From IMG/VR virus record IMGVR_UViG_3300025818_000017: a stretch of DNA of 64,000 nucleotides, one strand, 5' to 3'. How positions within the stretch are numbered: the stretch's first letter is position 1; every line of letters starts with the position of its first letter. This stretch comes from a virus. Positions 19,324 through 29,338 of this stretch are shown in pieces. A program made the translations under genes and the position numbers. The notes below the pieces were generated by a model that saw nothing but the letters and a program-made list of their open reading frames with translations, was not told the DNA's origin and searched no databases.

Positions 19324-20130
19324 GTGGATACAGAAATAAAGAGAGTTCTAGATAAGGACAGAAAATATCAAAACCTAAAACGCCGTAAAGATAACTTAGT
19401 CAATGCGTTGCGGAACCCCCCAAACGAAGAGCAAAGAAGAGCGTGGGATGTAGAGTTAGCTACAGTAACCAAAGAGCATGATATTAGATTTTATAAACTT
19501 GGCGGTGGTCTTGGGAAAGGACCAAATAAAGCATTCTGTGATTTCCTTTCACGCCGTCTAAACAAGTTCAAGCCGCGATACCTAAAACTACTGGATACCG
19601 TGAAGGAGGTAAAGCCGCAAACCATTGTTGAAATCGGCACTTGGAAAGGTAAAACTGGTAAGGCACTTATCAACGAAGCACTACGCTACCAGAACCATGT
19701 TTCATATGTAGGTTATGACTTATTTGAGGACGCTACTAACACAAACGACCAAGAAGAATGGAATGGTAAAGCAGAATGTACCCTAAAAGAAACCGCCCGT
19801 GGCTTTGAGATTATGAAGCAAGGATGCGACCTAAACTTTGATTATAGATTGGTTCAAGGCAATACACTGGAAGTATTAGAAGACCACGCAGTAGATTTTG
19901 TTTGGCTTGACGGTGGGCATAGTATTGAAACTATCCGTAGTGACTTTGACCATGTAAAGAACTCCAAACTTGTAGTATTTGATGATTATTATGTCCCAGA
20001 GAAATACCCAGACCCGATTGATATTACCCAAGTTGGATGTAACGCTTTGGTAGCCGAACTTGATAATGTAGAAATATTTGTTCCTGATGGCGATTATGTT
20101 GGTATTGCTATTTGGAGAGGCAATCTATGA
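19324..20130 (+). CDS. SAM-dependent methyltransferase (Methyltransf_24-like) with helical N-terminus
   Basis: IVEIGTWKG, YVGYDLFE, FVWLDGGHS, VVFDDY. Confidence 0.8.
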   Translation: MDTEIKRVLDKDRKYQNLKRRKDNLVNALRNPPNEEQRRAWDVELATVTKEHDIRFYKLGGGLGKGPNKAFCDFLSRRLNKFKPRYLKLLDTVKEVKPQTIVEIGTWKGKTGKALINEALRYQNHVSYVGYDLFEDATNTNDQEEWNGKAECTLKETARGFEIMKQGCDLNFDYRLVQGNTLEVLEDHAVDFVWLDGGHSIETIRSDFDHVKNSKLVVFDDYYVPEKYPDPIDITQVGCNALVAELDNVEIFVPDGDYVGIAIWRGNL

Positions 20131-20966
20131 AATACGCATTAGTTACCACATTCGCCGCAAAGCACTATGACCTATACGGTAAGAATATGATTGAAACCTT
20201 CAACAAGCATTGGCCCCAAGATGTTGAAATCCATATCTATCACGAAGGTAATATCCCGCACCCTGTAGAAAGCCCACGATTATTCTATAAAGACCTTGAG
20301 GTAGAAAATCCTGACTTGGTTGCTTTCAAGACACGATGGAAGAATGATCCGGTAGCAAATGGTATGCCCAATAATCAAGGTATCCCAGGTGGTGTTCGCC
20401 GCCCAGAAACCATCAAAGACCGATGGAAAGAAAGCCCATCTTATCTTTGGGATGCTATTAGATTTTCACATAAGGTATATGCCCAAACGCACCTTGCGGC
20501 AAATACCGATGTCGATGTGATGTATTGGGTGGATGCCGACAGCATTACCTTTCGTGATGTTGGTGATGCTCATAAATCTTGGTTACCAGAAGGCATGTTC
20601 TGTTCGTATCTTGGTAGAAATACTTATACCGAATGTGGTTTCATTGCCTTCAATCTAAAACATCAATATAGTACTGAATATATGACGAGATACCGTGATA
20701 TGTATAATAAGGACGAGTTATTTAAGATGGGGCAATGGACTGATTGCCATGCTTTTGATAAGGTGAGGGTAGATATGGAAAATGAAGGCAAAATCAAAAA
20801 CCACAATCTGAATCCAACACTTATGAAAGGTCATCCATTTATCAATACTGAACTTGGTGATTATATGGACCATCTAAAAGGCAGACGTAAGGATGCGGGA
20901 CATTCACGCCCCGGTGAAAGACAAGACGCAAAAGGTGTGGATTACTGGAATAATATCAAAAAATGA
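20127..20966 (+). CDS. GT-A fold glycosyltransferase
   Basis: KVYAQ..MYWVDADS (DxD), ECGF..FNL, HLKG.RK. Confidence 0.7.
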   Translation: MKYALVTTFAAKHYDLYGKNMIETFNKHWPQDVEIHIYHEGNIPHPVESPRLFYKDLEVENPDLVAFKTRWKNDPVANGMPNNQGIPGGVRRPETIKDRWKESPSYLWDAIRFSHKVYAQTHLAANTDVDVMYWVDADSITFRDVGDAHKSWLPEGMFCSYLGRNTYTECGFIAFNLKHQYSTEYMTRYRDMYNKDELFKMGQWTDCHAFDKVRVDMENEGKIKNHNLNPTLMKGHPFINTELGDYMDHLKGRRKDAGHSRPGERQDAKGVDYWNNIKK

Positions 20967-21982
20967 AACTACAAGTAGAAATCTTTAGAGGAACAGCAAA
21001 GATTCGAAATGAAACCCCTATGAAACTAAACATAGGGATGAACCTTGAGCGTAAAAAGATTTTCAAACCAAGTGTTATAGTAGATGATATTTTTGAGGCA
21101 CTTGCTGAAGGTATGCTGAAGAATGGCGATGAACCTATTTGGAACAGACTACCTAAACGGGATTATCAACTACCAAAATATCGTCATGGTGTAATCTTTG
21201 GATATGGAAGAAGTTTATCTCCCGAACCAAAGGCAAAGGTCCAGAACTATCGTTACGAGGTGTTGGAACAGCAACGCAAGATGAAAGGACATACCGTTTG
21301 TTTTGACGGGGGTTATTTCAAGTCTCTGGGAAACTATGAATACTATCGTGTGGGTATTGATAGTCCTCTGGGGAATGGAACATTCTGTAATGAAAACTCC
21401 CCAGATGATAGATGGAAAAAGATTCAAGCAGAATATGGTGTGCCTTGGAATGATTGGCGACCGAACGCTGGTAAGTATGTGACTATCTTTATTCAGCCAG
21501 ACCCAGGGTTTTCTATGGGTGGTCAAAGCACACTAAAACTATTACAGGAATGGGTTCCTAAAATCCGTTCTCTAACTGATAAAGAAGTTGTAATCAAAGC
21601 ACACCCGAAATGCCACAAGCTAGGACAAATCACCACTGATATTTGGAAGTATGCCGAACAGAACAATGTCCGTATCTTTGATCATACTGTTCCAATCTAT
21701 CAGGTTCTAAAAGATACGAACCGAGCCGTCACTTGGAACTCCACAGTTGCTGTAGAAGCGGTTGCTTACGGTATTCCTACTATCTGTTTCCATGATTTCT
21801 GTATGGCGTGGGATGTTTGCGACCATACGCTTGACGCAATCGTAAATCCAACTATGCCCGATAGAACACAGTGGATTAATAATCTACATTATGGTTGCTG
21901 GACTTCACAGGAGCTTGCTACAGGGGAACTATGGTCTAAGTTGCGTGAAGAAATGATTAAGCGTGACGAGGCTAGAGCCTAG
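20963..21982 (+). CDS. KpsS/KpsC-like GT-B glycosyltransferase paralogue 4
   Basis: IFIQPD, IKAHPK, VTWNSTVAVEAVAYGIP, PDRTQWINNLHY..W..QEL..G. Confidence 0.65.
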   Translation: MKLQVEIFRGTAKIRNETPMKLNIGMNLERKKIFKPSVIVDDIFEALAEGMLKNGDEPIWNRLPKRDYQLPKYRHGVIFGYGRSLSPEPKAKVQNYRYEVLEQQRKMKGHTVCFDGGYFKSLGNYEYYRVGIDSPLGNGTFCNENSPDDRWKKIQAEYGVPWNDWRPNAGKYVTIFIQPDPGFSMGGQSTLKLLQEWVPKIRSLTDKEVVIKAHPKCHKLGQITTDIWKYAEQNNVRIFDHTVPIYQVLKDTNRAVTWNSTVAVEAVAYGIPTICFHDFCMAWDVCDHTLDAIVNPTMPDRTQWINNLHYGCWTSQELATGELWSKLREEMIKRDEARA

Positions 21983-22910
21983 CAATCTTATTATTATATT
22001 CAATCCGTGCTTGTGAAAGGTTTGATTCTGTTGCTTCTGGAACATACCCATAAACCTCTTGGAATCTTGGCTCAAGACCTTCTACCCAAGCTTGACCTGA
22101 ACGGATTTCTGCTGTATTCCACATATCATATGAAAGACTTCTAATCCATTCTTCGCGGTCTGGGTAGATGGGATTTTCAATATTTCTAAAATCTGTCTCG
22201 CATACTGGTGCCGCCGCATTTGTTGGATGAACGAAACAAGGAATACCCCGTAGAACACATTCGGGAGCAACACAACCGCTCAAAGAAATAACCGCAAAGA
22301 TACTATGATTATCTAAGTAGTTTGCTAATGTATCGCCTCTACCAGACCTTTCTTTGATACCTGGTTTAGACCTTAGAACAATATTTCTATCAGTATGTTC
22401 GCGCAAGAGTGCTATAGTATCTTGTTGCCAGGTACTGAGTTGCGATGGTAGAAGACTTTTCTGTTGTGTTTCTCTTGGAACGAACCCAGCCATAGTCTTA
22501 GTTGTCGGTGGGCAGATAAGAATATCTCTGCCACCTTTCTGCCACGGTTCCATCTTCAATCCCATCTTTTGGAACATTTTCCATCTATCATCTGGGCGTG
22601 GAATAACTGTATAGTTCTGGAAATCCATAACACTTAGGCGATGATATTCTTTTGGTCGTGGAACGAAGAAACCTGTATCAACATAGACAAATGGTTGTTT
22701 GCGTTCTTGGTAAAGGCGCATAGAACGGGTTGCCCACATACTTCTGCTACGAAAGATAGGCATAACATCTTCACGATACGCCATATCCTTTGGTCCACCA
22801 TCGTGGTTCTTATGTCCTATGTTGTAGATTTCGGCACCGATGGACTGTGAGAAAGCATCCATGATGCTGCTATTTGTTTTAGTCCCGTGTGTTATACAAA
22901 CTTTTTTCAT
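21972..22910 (-). CDS. KpsS/KpsC-like GT-B glycosyltransferase paralogue 5
   Basis: YVDTGFF, LRSKPG, ISLSG..APECVLRGIP, YPDREEWIRSLSYDMW..EI.SG; start re-called at MKKVCI. Confidence 0.58.
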   Translation of the reverse strand: MKKVCITHGTKTNSSIMDAFSQSIGAEIYNIGHKNHDGGPKDMAYREDVMPIFRSRSMWATRSMRLYQERKQPFVYVDTGFFVPRPKEYHRLSVMDFQNYTVIPRPDDRWKMFQKMGLKMEPWQKGGRDILICPPTTKTMAGFVPRETQQKSLLPSQLSTWQQDTIALLREHTDRNIVLRSKPGIKERSGRGDTLANYLDNHSIFAVISLSGCVAPECVLRGIPCFVHPTNAAAPVCETDFRNIENPIYPDREEWIRSLSYDMWNTAEIRSGQAWVEGLEPRFQEVYGYVPEATESNLSQARIEYNNKIARL

Positions 22911-23454
22911 TGATAAAGAACTTTCCTGTCTGGGCAATCCAGTTTTTCTTGTTTTTCCCAGAAACATCTTTTGGTAATGACCGTAGAACACTTGTAATCT
23001 TTTCATCATAAGCAAACCCATAATGAGCAAACTTATCAACCCAATATTCGTGTGGTTTACAGTTCACGTGGTGATGCCCTTCGTGTCCAGGCAATGCGGC
23101 TGTACAAATAACATACTTACACTGTTGGAAGATGCTGAAATAGTTATCCATATATTCTTCGTAAACGTGTTCCAAAAACTCTACACTCCAAGCCAAATCT
23201 CGTGGCTCAATCTCATACGGACCTTTGGTAAAATCGTGGATAATGACTTCAATATTTCTTTCTACGGTCCAATCGCCGTCAATACCTATAGCATCTAGAC
23301 CACGCTCTCTAGCAAGTTCTACCATTCCAGCGGGACCACAACCAACGTCGATCATGGTCTTGATATCAAATGTTTCAATGAGGTAGTCTAGTGCTACGGG
23401 GAATAAGTGTGTCTTTCCGGCGTGACCACCTAAATGTTCTGGTAAATCATTCAT
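22879..23454 (-). CDS. SAM-dependent methyltransferase
   Basis: MIDVGCGPAG, GIDG, HDFT, SVEFLEHV, HHVNC. Confidence 0.85.
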   Translation of the reverse strand: MNDLPEHLGGHAGKTHLFPVALDYLIETFDIKTMIDVGCGPAGMVELARERGLDAIGIDGDWTVERNIEVIIHDFTKGPYEIEPRDLAWSVEFLEHVYEEYMDNYFSIFQQCKYVICTAALPGHEGHHHVNCKPHEYWVDKFAHYGFAYDEKITSVLRSLPKDVSGKNKKNWIAQTGKFFINEKSLYNTRD

Positions 23455-23516
23455 AGATGTATTTAGGTGTCGGATTTTTTGATGAAAAACTTCTCAACAA
23501 TGTTGGTAAATATGAT

Positions 23517-24431
23517 ATGAATATTGTAATCTTTACGGAAATGAGTGGTGTTGAAAAGGCCCGTAATCTAAAAAATATGGTTGAATCCGGAGGCGACAAG
23601 TTTATGGAGATTTCCATAAATGATGAAAATGACTTTGATTTTGTTATTCAATCTGGTATGGAAAAACCAAAGAAGAAGCACGAAGATAGAAATGCGATTT
23701 TGCAGAAGATTAAAAGTATGGGAAAATCGATACTTGTACTTGACGGTCCTGCTATCCGATTGATAAGCGATGGCTGGGATTATAAGAACATAGAAGGCCA
23801 GTGGGTAAAAATGGCGTGGCATAGTTTTTTTGCTGACGAAGCAGTTTTTCCATATGACCCCAGCTATAATAGATGGAAAGAACTACAAAAGGAACACGAT
23901 ATAAACGTCAATGAATGGAAACATAGGGGAGATCATATTCTCGTATGTTTACAGAAACGTTATGATGCAGCAGTAAAAAGAATATATGACAATGGCGATA
24001 CGTATATTGGTTATATCTCTGATGTCGTAGAGCAACTAAAGAAAAAAACGGACAGACCCATACTTATAAGGTCACATCCAACCGATAAGAGTGTGGGTGA
24101 TTTACTACGACAAAAATTACCTTATGTAAAAATTAGTACCAACGATAATCTTTATGATGACTTCAATATGACACACACGATGGTTACATACAACAGTCAT
24201 AGTGCAGTAGAAGCAGTACTTTATGGTTTGCCGACTGTTACGCTGGATAGCAGTGCTATTGCTTGGGATGTATCTGGTAAAAAGGTAACAGATATTTGTA
24301 ATGCTCCGCAACCAGATAGAACAGAATGGCTAAAAAGACTTGCTTTTATGCAATGGAGCGTGAAAGAATTGAATGATGGTTATGTTTGGAACTTACTAAA
24401 GAAATGTCTGACCGAACACAGTGGTAAATAA
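23517..24431 (+). CDS. KpsS/KpsC-like GT-B glycosyltransferase paralogue 6
   Basis: LVCLQKRYD, IRSHPT, VTYNSHSAVEAVLYGLP, PDRTEWL..LAF.QW..EL..G; start MNIVIF 4 nt after TAAATA. Confidence 0.65.
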   Translation: MNIVIFTEMSGVEKARNLKNMVESGGDKFMEISINDENDFDFVIQSGMEKPKKKHEDRNAILQKIKSMGKSILVLDGPAIRLISDGWDYKNIEGQWVKMAWHSFFADEAVFPYDPSYNRWKELQKEHDINVNEWKHRGDHILVCLQKRYDAAVKRIYDNGDTYIGYISDVVEQLKKKTDRPILIRSHPTDKSVGDLLRQKLPYVKISTNDNLYDDFNMTHTMVTYNSHSAVEAVLYGLPTVTLDSSAIAWDVSGKKVTDICNAPQPDRTEWLKRLAFMQWSVKELNDGYVWNLLKKCLTEHSGK

Positions 24432-24435
24432 ACTC

Positions 24436-25260
24436 ATGAAAATATTGTTTCTAAATGATACATCCCACGTTCATTCTGGTTGTGTAAAAGTTGTTGAGTT
24501 CTTTATGAAACAGTTTGAAGGACACGATGTAGATATTCTTCCACGCAAGACCATCATAGAAGATACGAGCCAGTATGACCTTATCGTTGCTAATGGTGAA
24601 GGAACCATGCACGATGATGCGAAACGGGCATATGAAATAATGAATATCCTTGCTTCTGCTAAATGTAAAACGATGATTGTGAATAGCGTGTGGCAGAATA
24701 ACTCACCCGAACTTACCGAAATGTTGATGGAAGTGGATTATGTAGCAGTTAGAGAAGTCCTTTCCAAGCGTGAAATATTATCTGTTATTGATAGACCCGT
24801 GGATATATATCTTGATTTCAGTTATTTTCATGATGTTCCTGAAACCCCAATAGAAGTAAAGCACGGTCTTGTTACTGGTAATCGTATGGGGTCCATAAAG
24901 GATAAACCAAAAGTTAGTGGTATTGGTGAGAAGCATACCGTGGATATTTTCACACAGTCTTGGGATGAGTTGGTACAACAACTTCGCCAACACCGGATAT
25001 TGGTTACTGGACGGCACCACGAGTTATATGCGGCGTGTAAGGCGAAATGTAACTTTGTTATACTGGAAGGAAACACTCATAAAAACTCTGGTCTATTTGA
25101 GACAGCGGGACTACAAATACCTTGTCTTCATGTGGATGCGACAATAGAAGAAATACAGCAAGCAGTGGATGATGTTGGTATGTATCAGTTATACCAACAA
25201 GAACTGTTGTTTGACTATATGAGAAAGCAGAAGCCGCCGAGGTTACTGGATTATGCGTGA
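24436..25260 (+). CDS. Polysaccharide pyruvyl transferase-like protein
   Basis: H.GC, NGEGTMH, VAVRE..S, DFS, LVTGRHH pattern. Confidence 0.7.
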   Translation: MKILFLNDTSHVHSGCVKVVEFFMKQFEGHDVDILPRKTIIEDTSQYDLIVANGEGTMHDDAKRAYEIMNILASAKCKTMIVNSVWQNNSPELTEMLMEVDYVAVREVLSKREILSVIDRPVDIYLDFSYFHDVPETPIEVKHGLVTGNRMGSIKDKPKVSGIGEKHTVDIFTQSWDELVQQLRQHRILVTGRHHELYAACKAKCNFVILEGNTHKNSGLFETAGLQIPCLHVDATIEEIQQAVDDVGMYQLYQQELLFDYMRKQKPPRLLDYA

Positions 25261-25915
25261 ATGGTTTGCTGGTAAAAGTGTTTGTATTGTTGGTGGTGCC
25301 CAAGCTTTATTTGACCAAGCACTTGGCGAAGAAATAGATAGTTATGATGTCGTGTGCCGACTAAATGGTGGTGCGGAGATAGTAAAGCCTGAAAGCCAAG
25401 GAACCAGAAATGATGTATGGGGTATTGGTAAATGGTGGACCGTTGACCATCTATTTGCGAAATGTTCGTGGGGTAAAGCTATTCATCTTTCGCCCAAAGG
25501 TGAATATATGCGATATTGTAGCACTTGCGGTGATATATATCGTAAAGGGATGAAAAAATGGTATGTGGAAACTGACGAAGTTCATCCCGTTTATGATATT
25601 GTAATGCCCAAAACTGTATATCAGCAAATGGGCGAACTATATGTAAAAAATACCGACGAAAAAAAGGTTAAGTATTCACACATGAATAGTGATATGAAGG
25701 CACCAAGAAAGGTAATAAAGGCAAGCACTGGTTTGTTGATGGCTTACTACACATCAATCAACCTTCCAAAATCTATAACACTTTACGGGTTTGATTGGAA
25801 GCGAACCCCAACCTGGTATTTTGATGAAAAAGAGTATAATAAGGCACACCAACCCCACGATTGGGAATGGGAAGAATGGTTTATAAAAGAAGTGCTTGAT
25901 GTGAGAATAAAGTAG
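25253..25915 (+). CDS. GT29 (sialyl/ulosonyl-transferase)-like protein
   Basis: L-motif-like KSVCIVGG..EIDSYDVVCRLN..G.RND; S-motif-like ASTGL; ITLYGFD; H.W..E. Confidence 0.65.
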   Translation: MREWFAGKSVCIVGGAQALFDQALGEEIDSYDVVCRLNGGAEIVKPESQGTRNDVWGIGKWWTVDHLFAKCSWGKAIHLSPKGEYMRYCSTCGDIYRKGMKKWYVETDEVHPVYDIVMPKTVYQQMGELYVKNTDEKKVKYSHMNSDMKAPRKVIKASTGLLMAYYTSINLPKSITLYGFDWKRTPTWYFDEKEYNKAHQPHDWEWEEWFIKEVLDVRIK

Positions 25916-25922
25916 GTACGAT

Positions 25923-26144
25923 ATGGAAATTGAAACATTTAGAAATATACACACAATTACAGATACTCTAGAAAGCCGTTTCAGAGAATTTGATTATTGT
26001 ATACCGATGTGTTCCGACGAAGGATTTTTTCTTGAATTCGGTGTATGGAAAGCATTAAATGAGTGGATACAAGAGTGTGATAGAGAGGTGCAACCCTTAT
26101 GGCGAACCACTCAGTATTCAGCAGGGGTTAAAGTACTACGATGA
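25923..26144 (+). pseudogene. Probable internally deleted TylF-like methyltransferase remnant
   Basis: SAM motif I FLEFGVWK is followed at once by a C-terminal-like KALNEW segment; only 73 aa. Confidence 0.4.
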
Positions 26145-26680
26145 TTATTGAGAGATTGGAAAATTATAATAGGCACGATATTATTAACCTATTAGATGGT
26201 AATAATATTCTAGGTGTTGAACTTGGTATAGCGGCTGGTATATTTTCCGAGAGAATGTTGTCCACTGGTAAATTTGCTAGTTATGTTGGTGTTGATATGT
26301 ATACGGATCGTGGGCATGATATTGAAGAATACAAAACAGCTATTCGAAGAAACGGAATTTTTTCAAACTACAAGATATTGAAAATGTCTTTTGACGATGC
26401 CTTAGATTTATTTGATGACGAAAGCATCGATTTTCTATATATTGATGGATATGCACATACGGGGCAGAATGATGGGAAAACCTTATCTGATTGGTATCCT
26501 AAAGTCAAAACTGGTGGTCTTTTTGCTGGTGATGACTACAATAAAAAGAAATGGCCCAAAGTAGTGAAGGAAGTAAATGCCTTTCTTGAAACACATGGGT
26601 ATGATAAAGTATATATCACTGATACGAGGGAGAAAACTAGTTATTGTAAACATCCAAGTTGGGCTGTGAAGAAGAAATGA
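26141..26680 (+). CDS. SAM-dependent methyltransferase (Methyltransf_24-like)
   Basis: GVELGIAAG, GVD, IDFLYIDGYAH, KVKTGGLFAGDDY. Confidence 0.88.
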   Translation: MIIERLENYNRHDIINLLDGNNILGVELGIAAGIFSERMLSTGKFASYVGVDMYTDRGHDIEEYKTAIRRNGIFSNYKILKMSFDDALDLFDDESIDFLYIDGYAHTGQNDGKTLSDWYPKVKTGGLFAGDDYNKKKWPKVVKEVNAFLETHGYDKVYITDTREKTSYCKHPSWAVKKK

Positions 26681-27669
26681 ACAAAATATTTTGGTTTGAA
26701 GAATGGGGCGAAGGTTTTAAGTCTTATCCGTTTCCAACAAAAGCACCATTTGAAAAAGTTTCCTTTTATGATGAGGAAAAATTGAAAGAAGCAGATGCAT
26801 TCGTTCAAATTGATATTAAACCACGAAGACCAAATGAACACAGAAGAAATCAATTCTTTGATTACATCAGTAGTACTGGGAAACCGAAGTTGGTTTTTGA
26901 AAGTCATATATTCAGACAAGTAATATTGACGCAGCATTACTGTAGATTTGCGTGGAACAGTTACTTTAATAATGTGGGTTATTTTGGTAAACTTCGTAAC
27001 AACCCCGATAGATGGAAAAAGTTTATAGAGGAAGAAGAGATAGACATAAGAGAACCGACACAGAAGAAAGGTGACTACATACTGATTCTGACACAACCGA
27101 CATATGGAAGTTGTCTTAACGATCTATTTGATTTATATGCGGATACCGCTAGAACCGATGCACTACATTATGACAGAGTATATGCGAAGTGGTTGCATCG
27201 TTTGATACAATATATCCAGCAGTATTCTGAGCTTCCTATCATTATCAGAAAACATCCAGCACAGAGAGATATTAAATTCTTTGATATAAAATACTTTGAC
27301 AATGTTTATTATTCTGAAGACTCCAAAGGTATAAAGATAAAATACGCGAATTTATATATTAGATCGGGGGGAAAAGCTTTAACGGAAGAGATTCTAAACT
27401 CACAAGCGGTTGTTAGTTGGAATAGTACTGGATTGGTTGAGGCAGTCTGCTTGGGTATACCAACTTTTCCTCTTTCACCTTCGTCCCAATGTTATCCCGT
27501 TGGTTTCAGAGATTTGCACGATATCGATGCGATACATAGGAAAAAATATCCGAAACGTGATGAATGGTTTAATAATATGGCTTACTGTCAATGGACAGAC
27601 AAGGAAGTTATGCGCGGAACAGCTTTCCGATTTATAAATGACGGGTATAAATCTTTTTTAGGATACTAG
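26677..27669 (+). CDS. KpsS/KpsC-like GT-B glycosyltransferase paralogue 7
   Basis: LILTQ, IRKHPA, VSWNSTGLVEAVCLGIP, RDEWFNNMAYCQWT..EV..G. Confidence 0.62.
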   Translation: MNKIFWFEEWGEGFKSYPFPTKAPFEKVSFYDEEKLKEADAFVQIDIKPRRPNEHRRNQFFDYISSTGKPKLVFESHIFRQVILTQHYCRFAWNSYFNNVGYFGKLRNNPDRWKKFIEEEEIDIREPTQKKGDYILILTQPTYGSCLNDLFDLYADTARTDALHYDRVYAKWLHRLIQYIQQYSELPIIIRKHPAQRDIKFFDIKYFDNVYYSEDSKGIKIKYANLYIRSGGKALTEEILNSQAVVSWNSTGLVEAVCLGIPTFPLSPSSQCYPVGFRDLHDIDAIHRKKYPKRDEWFNNMAYCQWTDKEVMRGTAFRFINDGYKSFLGY

Positions 27670-27698
27670 TTGACGTAACCATAAAAGAATGATATAAT
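27670..27698 (+). promoter_or_regulatory. sigma70-type promoter TTGACG-N17-TATAAT
   Basis: Near consensus with extended TG; ATG 27705 lies 6 nt after the -10. Confidence 0.75.
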
Positions 27699-27704
27699 CA
27701 CTGT

Positions 27705-28565
27705 ATGACCGAACTGAATATATATGTACCCAGAAACAAAGAAGACAGTAAATGCTGGCAAGTCTTCAATCCATTTATGTTGGGTTGGGATGATGAAACT
27801 CACGTTGAGTATGATTATGTTCAGCACGGCGGCATTAGTATGTTTTGGGGCTTGGTCGGTAAAAACTCAGAAATGATAAAGAAACACGAGGCTGAGTTCA
27901 GACCGTATCTCTTTTCGGATATGCCATACTTTGGTAGATGGTCTGGTCTAAAGGAAGCACTTGACCCCGATAGTGATTTCTATTGGCGCATATGTCCAAA
28001 CAGAATGCATTCACACTTTCAAAAAACTGAAGCACAAACACTTTCTTCCGATAGGTTTGATAGACACAATACCCCCATCAAAGAAAAGAAGAAAAGAGGG
28101 CACGAGATTATTCTGTGTCCAAGTTCAGAAAGCGTGACGAGACACCTATGTAACTGTAGCGTAGAAACTTGGATAAACGATACAACGGCAGCAATAAGAG
28201 AGTATACAGACCGTCCTATTCGTGTTCGTCATAAACCAAGACGAAACGGAACATCGGGACCAGCCGCCGCTCTTATCCCGTTTGCCGAAGATATAAAAGA
28301 TGCGTGGTGTGTGATAACTCTTATTAGTATGAGTGGTACGGAAGCATTACTAAATGGTGTCCCTATGATGGAGACAGAACATATAAACGGGTACAGTAAC
28401 TTTCGTTTTCAGCCCGATAAAATAGAAAGCGTAGAGTGGTCTGGGTATGGAACACAAGTTCTTATGAACTGGCTTGCCTACCAACAGTTCACACCAAAAG
28501 AAATGTATACAGGCGAAGCATTAGCAATCCTAAAAGAAACTAATCCATACTTCTTTAGCGAATGA
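27705..28565 (+). CDS. KpsS/KpsC-like GT-B glycosyltransferase paralogue 8
   Basis: SDMPYF, VRHKPR, ITLISMSGTEALLNGVP, WLAYQQFT..EM.TG. Confidence 0.58.
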   Translation: MTELNIYVPRNKEDSKCWQVFNPFMLGWDDETHVEYDYVQHGGISMFWGLVGKNSEMIKKHEAEFRPYLFSDMPYFGRWSGLKEALDPDSDFYWRICPNRMHSHFQKTEAQTLSSDRFDRHNTPIKEKKKRGHEIILCPSSESVTRHLCNCSVETWINDTTAAIREYTDRPIRVRHKPRRNGTSGPAAALIPFAEDIKDAWCVITLISMSGTEALLNGVPMMETEHINGYSNFRFQPDKIESVEWSGYGTQVLMNWLAYQQFTPKEMYTGEALAILKETNPYFFSE

Positions 28566-29304
28566 TATCTTTGTCGGGATCAAAGTCCCTACCAAATGTG
28601 GCTTTGAACTCATCAAACCATAAGTCTTTATAATCAACATCACTCTCGTATTGCTCACGCCATACCATCGGTCCCAAAGTATGGTGAATGTTGAATGGTA
28701 GCGTGTCTGGCTTATCGTATTCACCAGCAAGGAAGTTGAACTCTGTTGGAAGTCCACCAATCAGTTCATCCTTTACCCACATAAACCTGTGTAGAAACTT
28801 TGGTTCTGCTGTTTCAACGAGTTCTTTGGTGAGGTTGTGGTTTTCTGGATGGTCGCAATTATAGATAACGGTGCTTGACCAGTTTTTGCGTGGATATGTT
28901 GTCTGTGGCAATCCTCCCATCTTTGGATCGGCTTTTGGTTGATAATCGTGCTTCACACATTGGAGTGCTTTGGAAGGATCAAACAGATCAAACATTTCTT
29001 TGATATCACGGGTGATAATCATGTCACAGTCAAAGAAGATACCAACACCATTGTAATCCATTAAATGTGGAACCATAAAGCGTGTAATACTAAACTGCGT
29101 GGACCCACGTGGATCAATAGGACGAGTACATAGATCATATGCCAACAGTTCGTCACGAATGATTGGAACGATAACCAGATCATTCATTGTAGTCCTTGAG
29201 CGAATACTGTGTGCTAACATCTTGGCACAAGCATCTTCTGCTGGATCGTAACCTATGAATACTACTTGTTGTGCTTCTCTTGCGTCTTCTAGTCTGTTAA
29301 ACAT
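28555..29304 (-). CDS. GT-A glycosyltransferase (GT8/CDI-like)
   Basis: VFIGYD, STQFSITRF.VP, FFDCDM (DxD), YPRKNWSS, EFNFLAGEY, HHTLGP. Confidence 0.8.
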   Translation of the reverse strand: MFNRLEDAREAQQVVFIGYDPAEDACAKMLAHSIRSRTTMNDLVIVPIIRDELLAYDLCTRPIDPRGSTQFSITRFMVPHLMDYNGVGIFFDCDMIITRDIKEMFDLFDPSKALQCVKHDYQPKADPKMGGLPQTTYPRKNWSSTVIYNCDHPENHNLTKELVETAEPKFLHRFMWVKDELIGGLPTEFNFLAGEYDKPDTLPFNIHHTLGPMVWREQYESDVDYKDLWFDEFKATFGRDFDPDKDIIR

Positions 29305-29338
29305 TTCTTCTCAATTATATGCGTATATAAATATATTT

